A stretch of 64,000 nucleotides of DNA from Spirochaetia bacterium (lineage in GTDB: Bacteria; Spirochaetota; Spirochaetia; DSM-2461), in assembly GCA_963668315.1 (NCBI GenBank), contig OY764216.1, positions 4,288,001 through 4,352,000 of the forward strand, in the 5' to 3' direction. Both the position numbers and the translations under genes were made by a program. The notes beneath the pieces were generated by a model, which searched no databases, was not told the origin of the DNA, and worked only from the letters and a program-made list of their open reading frames with translations. Below, in pieces: positions 9,182 to 19,004 of this stretch (position 1 is the stretch's first letter; the number at the start of each line of letters is the position of its first letter).

Positions 9182-9730
9182 TAGAGCCGGATCATAGGAA
9201 ATTGTCTGTCCGGAAGCAATGTAAAATTCTCAATGTCAGCAGGACGGCTTATTACTATGATCCCAAACCGGAAGATCGGAAAGATATAGAAGAGAAGATT
9301 CGCCTTAAAGAACTTTTCATTCAGATCCCATTCTATGGTTATCGAAAAATGGCTGAGGAATTGAATTCAGAAGGCTATAATACAAGCAGAAAGCGAGTTC
9401 GCCGTCTTATGAGAGAATTAGGCTTACGGGCTATTTCTCCCAGAAAATTTACCTCTATCCCCAATAAGCAGAATCCCATCTATCCTTATCTTTTAAAGGG
9501 AAAAAGAATCCGCTATCCCAATCAGGTTTGGGCCACTGATATCACCTATCTTAAAATGGATAAGGGATTTGCCTACCTTGTAGCCATAATGGACGTCTGG
9601 AGCCGTAAGGTATTAACCTGGAAGATCTCTACTACTTTGGATTCTGAGTTCTGTATCGCCGCCGTAAAGGAAGCTATGGATAAATATGGAACGCCGGCGA
9701 TCTTTAATACGGATCAGGGGTGTCAATTTA
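9178..9730 (+). pseudogene. IS3 orfB, 5' fragment
   Basis: FYGYRKM, KRVRRLM, PNQVWATDITY, AIMDVWSRKVL, FNTDQGCQF; broken at 9731. Confidence 0.9.
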
Positions 9731-9830
9731 GATAGTGTACAATAGTGTCTGTAAATTAGAAATAAAGGGGGCTTGAAAAAGTTAGCCAATCAGTCTTCGA
9801 TTAGTTCGACGAAAAACAAAAGAAGGCATC

Positions 9831-10727
9831 ATGACTAACGAGGATTACTATAGCGTTTTCGATCAAATGATTGAAGACCTCCAGGCAGAGAATAGAGAAG
9901 GATTAACAAAAGTCATAAGTTCAATAATGAATTTATCTATGCGGTTAGAGCAGGAGAAGGCAATTCAAGCCAGTCATTATGAACGGAACGATGATCGTAT
10001 TGGGCATAGGAATGGGTACAAGAGCAGAAAGATCCGGACTCGAGTCGGCGAAATTCCCATCGAGATCCCACAGGTCCGTGGGATGGAATTCTATCCTGGC
10101 AGCATTGAAAAGGGGTGCCGCAGCGAAAGAGCCCTGAAAATGGCCATAGCTCAGATGTACATCCAAGGCGTATCAACTCGCAGAGTGACCAAAATAGTAG
10201 AACAGCTCTGCGGCTTCGAAGTTTCCCAATCGCAGGTTTCAGAAGCGGCAGCTCTCCTTGATGAAGAGATCACCAAATGGCGTAATCGTCCTCTGGGAGC
10301 TTTTCCTTATCTTGTCGTTGACGCCACTTATGAGAAGGCTCGAGTGAATAGAACTGTTGTTTCTGCAGCCGTTCTAATTGCCTATGGTGTTGATAATAAT
10401 GGGATGAGACGAGTATTGGGTATTTCTACAGAACTCAGTGAGGCCGATGTACACTGGAGAGGTTTTCTTTCCGGTCTGGTAGATCGGGGGCTCCATGGCG
10501 TGAAGATGATAACTTCCGATGCTCATAGCGGCCTGAGATCAGCAATAGAATCGGTTTTTCCAACAGTTCCCTGGCAGCGGTGCCAGTTCCATCTGCAACA
10601 GAATGCGGGACATCATGTGCCAAAGAAAAGTATGGATAAAGAGGTCGCGGAGGATATAAGAACCATTTTTAACGCTCCCAATGGAGAGGAGGCTAACCGT
10701 TTTCTTTCTATGGCGGTGAAGAAGTAT
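9831..10727 (+). pseudogene. IS256-A copy 2 transposase, truncated by IS256-B
   Basis: IS256 motifs up to MAVKKY; the remaining tail VSALLMEIDEQWFTGKRYLNMETD lies at 12077-12152. Confidence 0.88.
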
Positions 10728-12076
10728 GGATAGCGTACAATCAAGTTCGCAATTTTAATTATTGAAAGAAGCCATCGAATTCTCCAGAATGGTAATGCAC
10801 AACTAAAACCATGGAGGAAGAAAACGATGGCTAAGGAAAATGATAATGGTAATCTGGAAAAAATGCTACTCCAATTCATTTCGGAACCGGATCCCATTTT
10901 CAGCTTATTGAAATGGCTACTGGAAAAGCTTATGGAAATAGAAGCGGCGAATAAAGTAGGAGCTCAAAAGGGGTCTCATTCTACGGGAAGATCCACCCAT
11001 TTTTCTGGATATCGACCACGCCGATTTGATACTCGTCTTGGAACACTGTATCTCCTTGTCCCCAAGCTCAGAAAAGGCGGATATATTCCCTTCTTTGTAA
11101 CAGAAAAGAAGAGATCCGAGCAAGCTCTGATTCAGGTTGTCCAGGAAGCATTTATCAACGGTGTTTCAACCAGAAAGATTGAGAAATTGGCTATGAGTCT
11201 GGGCATTGAAAATATTTCAGCCAGCCAGGTCTCTGAAATCAATAAGGGACTTGATGAACAGGTAGATGAATTCCGCTATCGATCTCTTGATTCAGAATAT
11301 CCTGTCATCTGGGTTGATGCCCTCTATGAAAAGATCCGGTATAACGGAAGAGTGAGAAATATGGCTGTGATGGTTGTATCTGGTGTTAATTCACAAGGAT
11401 TCAAAGAAATCCTTGCTGTTGAACCAATGCAGGAAGAATCAGAAAGCACTTATACCGAACTGTTCAGGTCTCTTAAAGCAAGAGGATTTAAAAATGCCTG
11501 GCTCTGTGTCTCTGATGCCCATCTGGGACTTCAAGCCGCCATAAGAAAGGAACTCATCGGTTGCTCCTGGCAACGCTGTAAAATCCATTTTATGAGGAAC
11601 ATCCTGTCCCATCTTCCTGCCAGGGATAAAGAAGCTGTTGCCGGCAGAATTAAGCAGATTTGGAATCAACCGAACTCCCAATCGGCCCGTGAATATGCAT
11701 ACCGAATTATAGAGGAATTTGAAGAACAATTTCCGAAGTCCATGACTTGTCTTGAAGACGGATTAGAAGACTCTCTTCAGTATTATGAATTCTCAGAAAT
11801 AGACAGCCGGAAAACTGCTTCTACCAATCAACTGGAACGATTGAATCGGGAAATCCGTAGACGATCTCGTGTTGTGGGAATCTTTCCCAGTATTGACTCC
11901 TACCTTAGACTAGTCTGTTGTTACCTGATTGAATACTCAGAAGACTGGGCTTCGGGAAAACGGTATATCAGTGAGAAATCGATTGATGAACAAAGAATTA
12001 AATTAGGTCAGGCTGCCTAATGGGGAATTTTGATGGCTTCTTGAAAGGAAAGTTGCGAACATGGCTGGACACTATC
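10728..12076 (+). mobile_element. IS256-family element type B, copy 2 (1349 bp, no TSD)
   Basis: Same ends as 3553-4901 and an identical 397-aa protein; the flanks do not repeat. Confidence 0.9.
10827..12020 (+). CDS. IS256-family transposase (identical to 3652..4845)
   Basis: Identical translation in the ORF track. Confidence 0.95.
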   Translation: MAKENDNGNLEKMLLQFISEPDPIFSLLKWLLEKLMEIEAANKVGAQKGSHSTGRSTHFSGYRPRRFDTRLGTLYLLVPKLRKGGYIPFFVTEKKRSEQALIQVVQEAFINGVSTRKIEKLAMSLGIENISASQVSEINKGLDEQVDEFRYRSLDSEYPVIWVDALYEKIRYNGRVRNMAVMVVSGVNSQGFKEILAVEPMQEESESTYTELFRSLKARGFKNAWLCVSDAHLGLQAAIRKELIGCSWQRCKIHFMRNILSHLPARDKEAVAGRIKQIWNQPNSQSAREYAYRIIEEFEEQFPKSMTCLEDGLEDSLQYYEFSEIDSRKTASTNQLERLNREIRRRSRVVGIFPSIDSYLRLVCCYLIEYSEDWASGKRYISEKSIDEQRIKLGQAA

Positions 12077-12188
12077 GGTTTCCGCTCTGTTAATGGAAAT
12101 AGATGAACAATGGTTCACAGGTAAGCGGTATTTAAATATGGAGACTGATTAACTTTTTTGATTTTACAGACAAAGGGGTTGCTCTATC

Positions 12189-12453
12189 TCAATTTACTTC
12201 ATATGCTTTTTTGAAACCGCTCCAGGAAGCGGGAGTCAGAATCAGTATGGATGGTCAGGGAAGCTGGCGTGACAACATCTATGTGGAACGTCTTTGGCGT
12301 AGTTTAAAATACGAGGATATCTATCTCCGATCCTATGAGAATGTCCGGGAGTTGAAGAAAGGGATACAGAAATACTTTCGCTTCTACAACGGGAAAAGAT
12401 TTCATCAGGGGCTTGGTTATTTAACTCCTGATGATGTTTATGAGTCCTTATAG
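12189..12453 (+). pseudogene. IS3 orfB, 3' fragment
   Basis: QFTSYAFLKPL...ISMDGQGSWRDNIYVERLWRSLKYE continues 9178-9730. Confidence 0.88.
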
Positions 12454-12538
12454 ATTGGGAAGGATCAGGCAGCTTGATATCGGAGGATTCCACTTATTAA
12501 TTTTGAAAAAGTGGTTTGACACGAGGGCTCATCATAAT

Positions 12539-12688
12539 TCAAAAAAGTGGGATAGGATTATTTCATCCTGGGAAAGAAGCGTTTTAAGTCAAAAGGGATT
12601 TTGCAATCAAAATAATCTGCCCTTATCCACTTTTCATTATTGGAGGCGAAAGCTTGATAAAGAAGCCTATAGAAAACATCTTCTATGA
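12539..12688 (+). pseudogene. IS66 TnpA (OrfA)-like remnant
   Basis: WDRIISSWERSVLSQKGFCNQNNLPLSTFHYWRRKL fits the IS66 accessory HTH pattern; no start codon and no tnpB/tnpC. Confidence 0.6.
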
Positions 12689-13882
12689 TTGTAAAATGGT
12701 TTCAGCAAACCGTTTAATGTCTTTCTTTGCGTTGAGAGCCCAACTATCAGCACGCGAAATAAAATTCATAAAACATTCTACATTAATTTTAAAACTTTCA
12801 TTATCATTTTTCTCAGTTTCCTCGCATACGAACATTGCAGAAGGGATCCCTAAATTTAAACAAGAATCGGTTATATTTCTTGCAACTCGACAAGGAGGCT
12901 GAAGTACTATCATCAAACTATCATTATTAAGAGTATACATTGCCGGACGTAAATGACTACCTTCTACTCCGATGACTATTGATGCTCCTATCAGTTGATA
13001 AATGAGGTTCCCTGTTACAACAGAATTAATATCCACACAAGAAAAACCTTCTTTAGATAATTGATGAATCAAATCTTCTTCATTTTGGAGAGTTCTTCGT
13101 TGTCCATCGTTACCACGTTTTATATATATTTTGTTTTTTTTAACATTATTTTTTTGATATAATAATTTTCGAATTTCATTATGTTCCTTTATACATGCAA
13201 TACTTGTATTTTGACCATCACACATAATCAAATGATTACATAAAAAAGATTCTGATTCATCAATATGTGGTAGATCAACTAGATTTCTCCAACTATCCTC
13301 ATCCCTATACTTTTCCCTTGGTAAATATCCAATGAATGGCCCTCGATTTCTTAGAAGTAGCTGCAAAGGATATTCTTGAGAAAGCCAATGTCCCCAATAC
13401 CTAGATGAATAATATGTGTTAGCCATAATGGCAAGATTATATTTTTTTATTTTACCAGGAATAGAAAGAGGAAGTTTATCTTTCCAATTAAAACTATAAC
13501 TAATTTTTCCAGTAAACATCCACGATTTATTAATAAATACATTTCGAAAATGAAGGACTTTACACTCAGGAAAAACACGGAGTTCCTCACGAAATGATTC
13601 TAAAATTGAGTTAAAAGAACGATCACCCCACTCATCACTAACATTATCTGGAATATTTCTTAAATTCTCTTCTTCCATATATGGATGAAGAGCGGGAATA
13701 GAAACTGAGCTTGAGATTACTTCAACCTTGTCAGCATTATATTCAAGTTTAGATTTATTTTTATTTGAAACAACCTTACCAAACACAAAAATACTATAGT
13801 ATTTCACCATGGTAATAATACTCGATATTTTCATTATGCACTCCATATAACAAATATCAATTAGCTTACACGAGTTGTTCAA
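12683..13882 (-). CDS. Glycosyltransferase family 61 (DUF563)-like protein
   Basis: YWGHWL..., KIYIKRG...RRTLQNEEDL, ASIVIGVEGSHL. Confidence 0.7.
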   Translation of the reverse strand: MNNSCKLIDICYMECIMKISSIITMVKYYSIFVFGKVVSNKNKSKLEYNADKVEVISSSVSIPALHPYMEEENLRNIPDNVSDEWGDRSFNSILESFREELRVFPECKVLHFRNVFINKSWMFTGKISYSFNWKDKLPLSIPGKIKKYNLAIMANTYYSSRYWGHWLSQEYPLQLLLRNRGPFIGYLPREKYRDEDSWRNLVDLPHIDESESFLCNHLIMCDGQNTSIACIKEHNEIRKLLYQKNNVKKNKIYIKRGNDGQRRTLQNEEDLIHQLSKEGFSCVDINSVVTGNLIYQLIGASIVIGVEGSHLRPAMYTLNNDSLMIVLQPPCRVARNITDSCLNLGIPSAMFVCEETEKNDNESFKINVECFMNFISRADSWALNAKKDIKRFAETILQS

Positions 13883-14400
13883 TCATTTTTTATAATTCTA
13901 GCAGGCATACCAATAGCCGTACAATTACAAGGGATATCAGAAAGAACAACCGCATTGGCTCCAATTTTCACATTATTCCCGATGTTAAGGAAATCCTGAT
14001 CGCACGCTTTATCTGTTACATCTCGATCTATATGTTTACTAATAATTTTTGCACCAGCTCCTATATCAACATGAGAACCAATTCTTACACACCCACCTAC
14101 AGTTACCTGTTGCAATATTAAACAGTTTGTACCAATTTCGGCTAAAGAATATATAACTATTCCATTGGGATGAGGAATGAGTAACCCCCCCCCGATCTTA
14201 CACTGAAGAGGAATATCTGCTCCAGATACAACAGACCAAAATCGATACCTTAAAACACATATTTTTTTAATGAAAAAAAACAAAGGATTTTTACTATTGA
14301 GTTTCTGATAATCACGAATTGATTTCAGTAATCTTTGCCCGGGATCCCAAAATCGCTTCGGTTTTTCGCGATCCCAATCAGGTTTCTCATCCATTACCAT
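13879..14400 (-). CDS. Serine O-acetyltransferase-like hexapeptide-repeat acetyltransferase
   Basis: IGGGLLIPHPNGIVI, QQVTVG, IGAGAKI, IGANAVV, GMPARI. Confidence 0.85.
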   Translation of the reverse strand: MVMDEKPDWDREKPKRFWDPGQRLLKSIRDYQKLNSKNPLFFFIKKICVLRYRFWSVVSGADIPLQCKIGGGLLIPHPNGIVIYSLAEIGTNCLILQQVTVGGCVRIGSHVDIGAGAKIISKHIDRDVTDKACDQDFLNIGNNVKIGANAVVLSDIPCNCTAIGMPARIIKND

Positions 14401-14515
14401 TTATACAACTCCAATATATAAGCCATAAGTGACCAAGTTTTAATTACAAATTAATCCATAGCGAGAGTATCGATAGATTCATATCGTTTTCATACATTCT
14501 TGATTTTTTTGAAAA

Positions 14516-16456
14516 TCAGAGAGATACCCCATATGTTTTCCCCCACCAAAGAAGGACGTAAATAGACCAGACACGGGACCAATATAAACCGGGCATATCA
14601 TTCTGAAAGGCAAGCCATATATTATAAATTTGTTTCTGATCCAGTCCCATAGAAGCGCATAATGCTTTATCCTGAAATAATGAATCTATCTCCCCTCTAA
14701 GGTTTTTATGGCACCAGTTACCAATAGGAAATTCGAAACCTTTCTTCTGTCTGTTAAAGAAGTTTTCTTCCACTCCTTCCAAGGCAATCTTCTTCAAAAG
14801 CCGTTTTCTGCGGATAGGAAGGTAACGAGCCATTGGCTCATATCTCGCCATAATTTCGATAAGTTCATGGTCAATCAGTGGTACCCTTACTTCCAGAGCA
14901 GAAGCCATACTTGTCATATCCGTATCGATAATCAATCGCTCGCCCACAAAATTCAATAGCTCCAACTGACTTATTCCATGTAATGTATGTCTGGTTGAGA
15001 CAAGCTCATCCATCAACTTATAGTATGAAGAACTCCAACCGAATTTAACACTAGAAACTCTGTTTTCCGGTAATAATAACTTATCAATAAAATCCTGCCG
15101 GAATAGGCCATAAGTTATTTGGTACAATTTCAGGAGATCACCCTGCGCAGCGAGAATATCCCCGACTTTGGCCCAACGGGCTTGATGGGGAATATAAACA
15201 GGTCTCCCATACTTGATTTGTCCAAGAATTTTCCCTAGAGGTTTTACAAAAGACTGGGGACAGTATCGAAATAACTGACTAGCCTTTTTAATCATGGGAA
15301 TAGTTTTAAAACTTTCATATCCGCCGAAGAGTTCATCCCCCCCCATCCCGGAAAGAGCCACGGTTATCCCCGCATCCTTGATGGCCTTGCTTAGATAATA
15401 GGTGTTAAGACCATCAAAAGTAGGAGTATCCAGACTATGCAGAGCATCGGGCAGTCCCCCAATAAAATCACTCTCCGATAATAAGATTTCATGATGCTCG
15501 GTATTATAGATCTGTGATATTCTCCGAGCATAATAGGATTCGTCAAATCCGTCTTCTGAAAATGAGATATTAAAAGTCTTTAATTTATTGGAAAATTGTG
15601 ACGCGATGGCGACAATTGCACTGGAGTCAACACCTCCAGATAGAAAAACCCCTAGTGGCACATCGCTGATCATTCTGAGGCGCACCGAATCAATTAATGT
15701 TTCTTTCAATAGATTCAGATCTTTGAGAGTATCAGTCCTCTTGGTGGGAAGCTCAGGTATTTGCCAGTATCTCTGTTCCTTAATCTGAAAGTTATCTAAA
15801 GAAATAACTAGATATGAAGATGAATTCAGCTTCTTGATATCTTTGATAATTGTATCTGTTCCGGCGACATACCCATTCCACAGATAAGTTTCAAGACTGA
15901 CAGGATTCAATTTCCTCTCTATCATTGAGGATTCCAGAAGGGCTCTAATTTCTGAAGCAAATAGAAAAACAGGTTTTCCTCTATAGTTCTGTATAGAATA
16001 ATAAAGCGGCTTAATCCCCATTCTGTCCCGGACGACCAAAACAATATTCTTCCTGGAATCATATAGAGAAAAAGCGAACATCCCCCTTAAATACTGTAAA
16101 CACTCTACTCCCCACTCAATATAGGATTTTAACAGAACCTCTGTGTCAGATTTGGTTCTAAAAAGATGACCTGCTTTCTCAAGCTGACTTTTCAGTTCCA
16201 GATAGTTATATATTTCCCCGTTGAAAACAAGTGAAAGCCCTCTGTCCTTATCAAGAAAAGGTTGATTACCATCATTAGACAAATCTATAATGGATAATCT
16301 TCTATGAGCTAATACAACTCCGCCAGGTGTATCCAGACGATCGGAATATATTCCCTCGGCATTAGGCCCGCGGTGAACAAGAGAATTATTAATTTTTTTC
16401 ACCGCATTCAGAATCGTTGTATCAACGGATCCAATAGCGCCTGCTATTCCACACAT
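14516..16456 (-). CDS. asnB: Asparagine synthase (glutamine-hydrolysing)-family amidotransferase, polysaccharide-associated
   Basis: N-terminal MCGIAG, HRGP, HRRLSIID, FNGEIYN, FLSGGVDSS, GMGGDELFGGY, LEVRVP. Confidence 0.9.
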   Translation of the reverse strand: MCGIAGAIGSVDTTILNAVKKINNSLVHRGPNAEGIYSDRLDTPGGVVLAHRRLSIIDLSNDGNQPFLDKDRGLSLVFNGEIYNYLELKSQLEKAGHLFRTKSDTEVLLKSYIEWGVECLQYLRGMFAFSLYDSRKNIVLVVRDRMGIKPLYYSIQNYRGKPVFLFASEIRALLESSMIERKLNPVSLETYLWNGYVAGTDTIIKDIKKLNSSSYLVISLDNFQIKEQRYWQIPELPTKRTDTLKDLNLLKETLIDSVRLRMISDVPLGVFLSGGVDSSAIVAIASQFSNKLKTFNISFSEDGFDESYYARRISQIYNTEHHEILLSESDFIGGLPDALHSLDTPTFDGLNTYYLSKAIKDAGITVALSGMGGDELFGGYESFKTIPMIKKASQLFRYCPQSFVKPLGKILGQIKYGRPVYIPHQARWAKVGDILAAQGDLLKLYQITYGLFRQDFIDKLLLPENRVSSVKFGWSSSYYKLMDELVSTRHTLHGISQLELLNFVGERLIIDTDMTSMASALEVRVPLIDHELIEIMARYEPMARYLPIRRKRLLKKIALEGVEENFFNRQKKGFEFPIGNWCHKNLRGEIDSLFQDKALCASMGLDQKQIYNIWLAFQNDMPGLYWSRVWSIYVLLWWGKTYGVSL

Positions 16457-16485
16457 ATTCTGCTATGTTTATCCTTATACTATGG

Positions 16486-17682
16486 CTATGGGAGAATATT
16501 CTCAATAAGATCTAAAAGTTTACGGGATTCAATTAAAGGGTTATGCTGTTCTTTGACACGAGCGTAACCAACATCTCCCATTTTTCTTAGCTCATCATGG
16601 GATTTTCCTAAGATTTCTTTTATACCCTTTTTTATATATTCGACAGAACCGGCGGGAATAAGGATTCCACAAGCGGAATCTACTAACTCCGGTATCCCTG
16701 CGACATAGGTACTGACGACAGGACGATGCAGTGCCAGTGCTTCCATGATAACAACAGGCAGTCCTTCGGCAAAACTCGGAAGAACAAGAGCCCGGCTGGA
16801 CTGCAACTCATCCTTAACCTGCTCACTGCTTAACCATCCCGTAATTTTAACATTATCCCTTAATCCCATGGAATCTATATAAGACTCTATAATATCCCTT
16901 AAATCTCCATCACCAGCCAGAATCAATCGGACATCTACCCCTTCTTCTTTTAGCTGCTTTACCGCTTCCATTATAAGAACCTGTCCTTTCTGGGGAGCCA
17001 GACGGCCGACACATACTAATTTATTATCTTCGAAGGGCAGATCTTCCTGCTGAAGATAGGTCCCTTCCACGGCACAATGAATAATATGAATCTTGTTCCA
17101 TTGATCCGGGTGACACCAGCGCATCAATTGACTTCGACCATAGGAACTGATGGCACATACAAAACGGGAATTATTGATTTTCTCTTCCATAGACAGATAA
17201 CGGGGACTGTCGAATTCCTCCGGTCCATGTACGGTAAAGCTGTATCCGGGACCACCAAGCAACTTGCCCAGCATAACCACGGTCGTCGTATTCGTACCAA
17301 AATGAGCATGTACATGGTCAATACCTTTATTGTTACAGATCTCTTTAAAAACGCAGGCTTCAACGAAATAAAGGATATGTTTTATAACTCCCCGTTCATT
17401 CAACCTTCCCAATTTAAGGGAGTGGGCAAAGACTCTGATGAAACGAAAGGGATTAGTAAAAAAAACTTTGATGAAAGCCCAAAGAATTTTAACAATACTA
17501 AAGTCCAGAATACAGATAGTCTGCTCCTGCTCTCTTTTATCCTTTTCATCTACTATATCATCTATTTTTCTGATAGTGACGCGGGTAATATTAACACCGT
17601 GACTTTCCAATCCCAGAATTTCTCTTCGTATAAAGCTATGACTCACCTTAGGATACTGATTGATAAGATAAGCGATTTTCAT
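16486..17682 (-). CDS. GT4 glycosyltransferase (WcaL-like)
   Basis: YPKVSHSFIRRE, HVHAHFG, VGRLAPQKG, EGLPVVIMEA. Confidence 0.9.
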   Translation of the reverse strand: MKIAYLINQYPKVSHSFIRREILGLESHGVNITRVTIRKIDDIVDEKDKREQEQTICILDFSIVKILWAFIKVFFTNPFRFIRVFAHSLKLGRLNERGVIKHILYFVEACVFKEICNNKGIDHVHAHFGTNTTTVVMLGKLLGGPGYSFTVHGPEEFDSPRYLSMEEKINNSRFVCAISSYGRSQLMRWCHPDQWNKIHIIHCAVEGTYLQQEDLPFEDNKLVCVGRLAPQKGQVLIMEAVKQLKEEGVDVRLILAGDGDLRDIIESYIDSMGLRDNVKITGWLSSEQVKDELQSSRALVLPSFAEGLPVVIMEALALHRPVVSTYVAGIPELVDSACGILIPAGSVEYIKKGIKEILGKSHDELRKMGDVGYARVKEQHNPLIESRKLLDLIENILP

Positions 17683-17759
17683 TTACTCTGTCCTTGATTC
17701 CTTGTAGCTTGAAGTTATTATCCAACAATTTACCACATTCTTCATATAAAAAACATTTT

Positions 17760-18983
17760 TTACAGATACTTTTTTATTAGTTCACTTCGGTTCTTGAATA
17801 CGATTGTATCACTATAAAGACTTCCCGATTGAGCAGCCTCCTGAACGAGTTTTATTCTTAATTCTCTATCCCTGGCAATATTAATAATGCAATCGGTTAA
17901 TTCTTCAACATTATTCTTTTCAACAAATAATCCCCCGCCAAATTGGGAAACGAGGTCAACGGGATAGGGAGTCCGGTATCCGACAATAGGGCAACCGGAA
18001 ATCAACGCCTCTATAAGACATCGGGGTGATTCCTGAGTTTTATGACAGAAGACAAAAAGATCACTCTCCTTCATCATATTCAGCAGTTCCTCTCGATTAG
18101 ATACCATCCCGATAAACTTTATAGTATTATCCATTCCTTGCTTCCGGATTTTCTCTGTGATCTGATCTTTCAGATCTCCCACTCCGGCCCATCTGGCTTC
18201 AAAAGGAATTCCTGCGCTTATAAGATTTTTCATTACCTCAACCCAATCTTCAGGTCCTTTCATAGGAACAACCCGCCCGACATAAAGTATTTTCAAAGGC
18301 CTTCCCGAATTAATCCCATCAACTTTTTGCTCCACTTCCTCTTTCGTAATATGGTATTTGGATGAAAGATGAATATCATGAACACAAAAAGAAGTCTTAA
18401 GCAAAGAGGAATAGGTATTGTAACAGTCATTTCCATGAAAAAGGCCCAGTGAAGCCTTTTTAATAGCCTTGTTATTCAAGGCCTGTGAAACCTTGGCTAA
18501 CAGAAAATAGTAAATTTTCTTTATCCCTTTTTTATTTTGCGCATCAAGAAGAATTATATCATGCTCCACCCTGTCCGTCCAAACGGAATATACCCTCTTC
18601 TTGCGGAATGCACGAAGACAGGCAAAACTCCCCCAATCTCCCCAGAATCCGCCTATGGCAAAACTAAGATATTGATGTGTACCGATAAGAGAATCTATTA
18701 ATTTCACAGTTTTTCTATAATTACGCATAAAAGATAAAGGAGTATAAGAATAGGGAAGCGGGAAAACGTCTAATCTGCTTCGTCGTTCAATAAGTTCGAC
18801 AGACTTATACCCCTCCTTACTATGCAGCCTAGGATTAAGAACTGCGGCTAAAGTAACTGATTCAAAGTTCTCCAGCCATAGTCGAAGACCGTTGCAAGCC
18901 TGCTCATCCAGCCAAATAGTCTTGTCCCATTCTTGTAAAAAAACAGGGAGGATTATTAATAAAGATTTCTCAATGGAACACAT
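17760..18983 (-). CDS. GT4-like glycosyltransferase
   Basis: LYVGRVVPMKG and ESPRCLIEALISGCPIV (E-x7-E motif). Confidence 0.8.
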   Translation of the reverse strand: MCSIEKSLLIILPVFLQEWDKTIWLDEQACNGLRLWLENFESVTLAAVLNPRLHSKEGYKSVELIERRSRLDVFPLPYSYTPLSFMRNYRKTVKLIDSLIGTHQYLSFAIGGFWGDWGSFACLRAFRKKRVYSVWTDRVEHDIILLDAQNKKGIKKIYYFLLAKVSQALNNKAIKKASLGLFHGNDCYNTYSSLLKTSFCVHDIHLSSKYHITKEEVEQKVDGINSGRPLKILYVGRVVPMKGPEDWVEVMKNLISAGIPFEARWAGVGDLKDQITEKIRKQGMDNTIKFIGMVSNREELLNMMKESDLFVFCHKTQESPRCLIEALISGCPIVGYRTPYPVDLVSQFGGGLFVEKNNVEELTDCIINIARDRELRIKLVQEAAQSGSLYSDTIVFKNRSELIKKYL

Positions 18984-19004
18984 AAAAATATATCTCTCCT
19001 GTCT

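Larger units (their letters stand above)
9731..12188 (+). mobile_element. IS256-family element type A, copy 2 (interrupted and partly deleted)
   Basis: Ends gatagtgtacaatagtgtctgtaaatt and ttttacagacaaaggggttgctctatc. 8-bp TSD TCAATTTA at 9723-9730 and 12189-12196. Confidence 0.9.
2940..12536 (+). mobile_element. IS3-family element (about 1278 bp when reconstructed), interrupted by two IS256-family insertions
   Basis: IRL tatgctgagcccacagggtaaacca (from 2940) matches IRR reverse complement tatgatgagccctcgtgtcaaacca (to 12536). 4-bp TSD ATTC at 2936-2939 and 12537-12540. orfA and orfB fragments rejoin in frame. Confidence 0.9.

Noticed and set aside
9001..9730. Invertible switch between the inverted IS256-A left ends
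   Set aside because: Both TSD pairs and the IS3 reading frames are in the original orientation and no site-specific recombinase is present.
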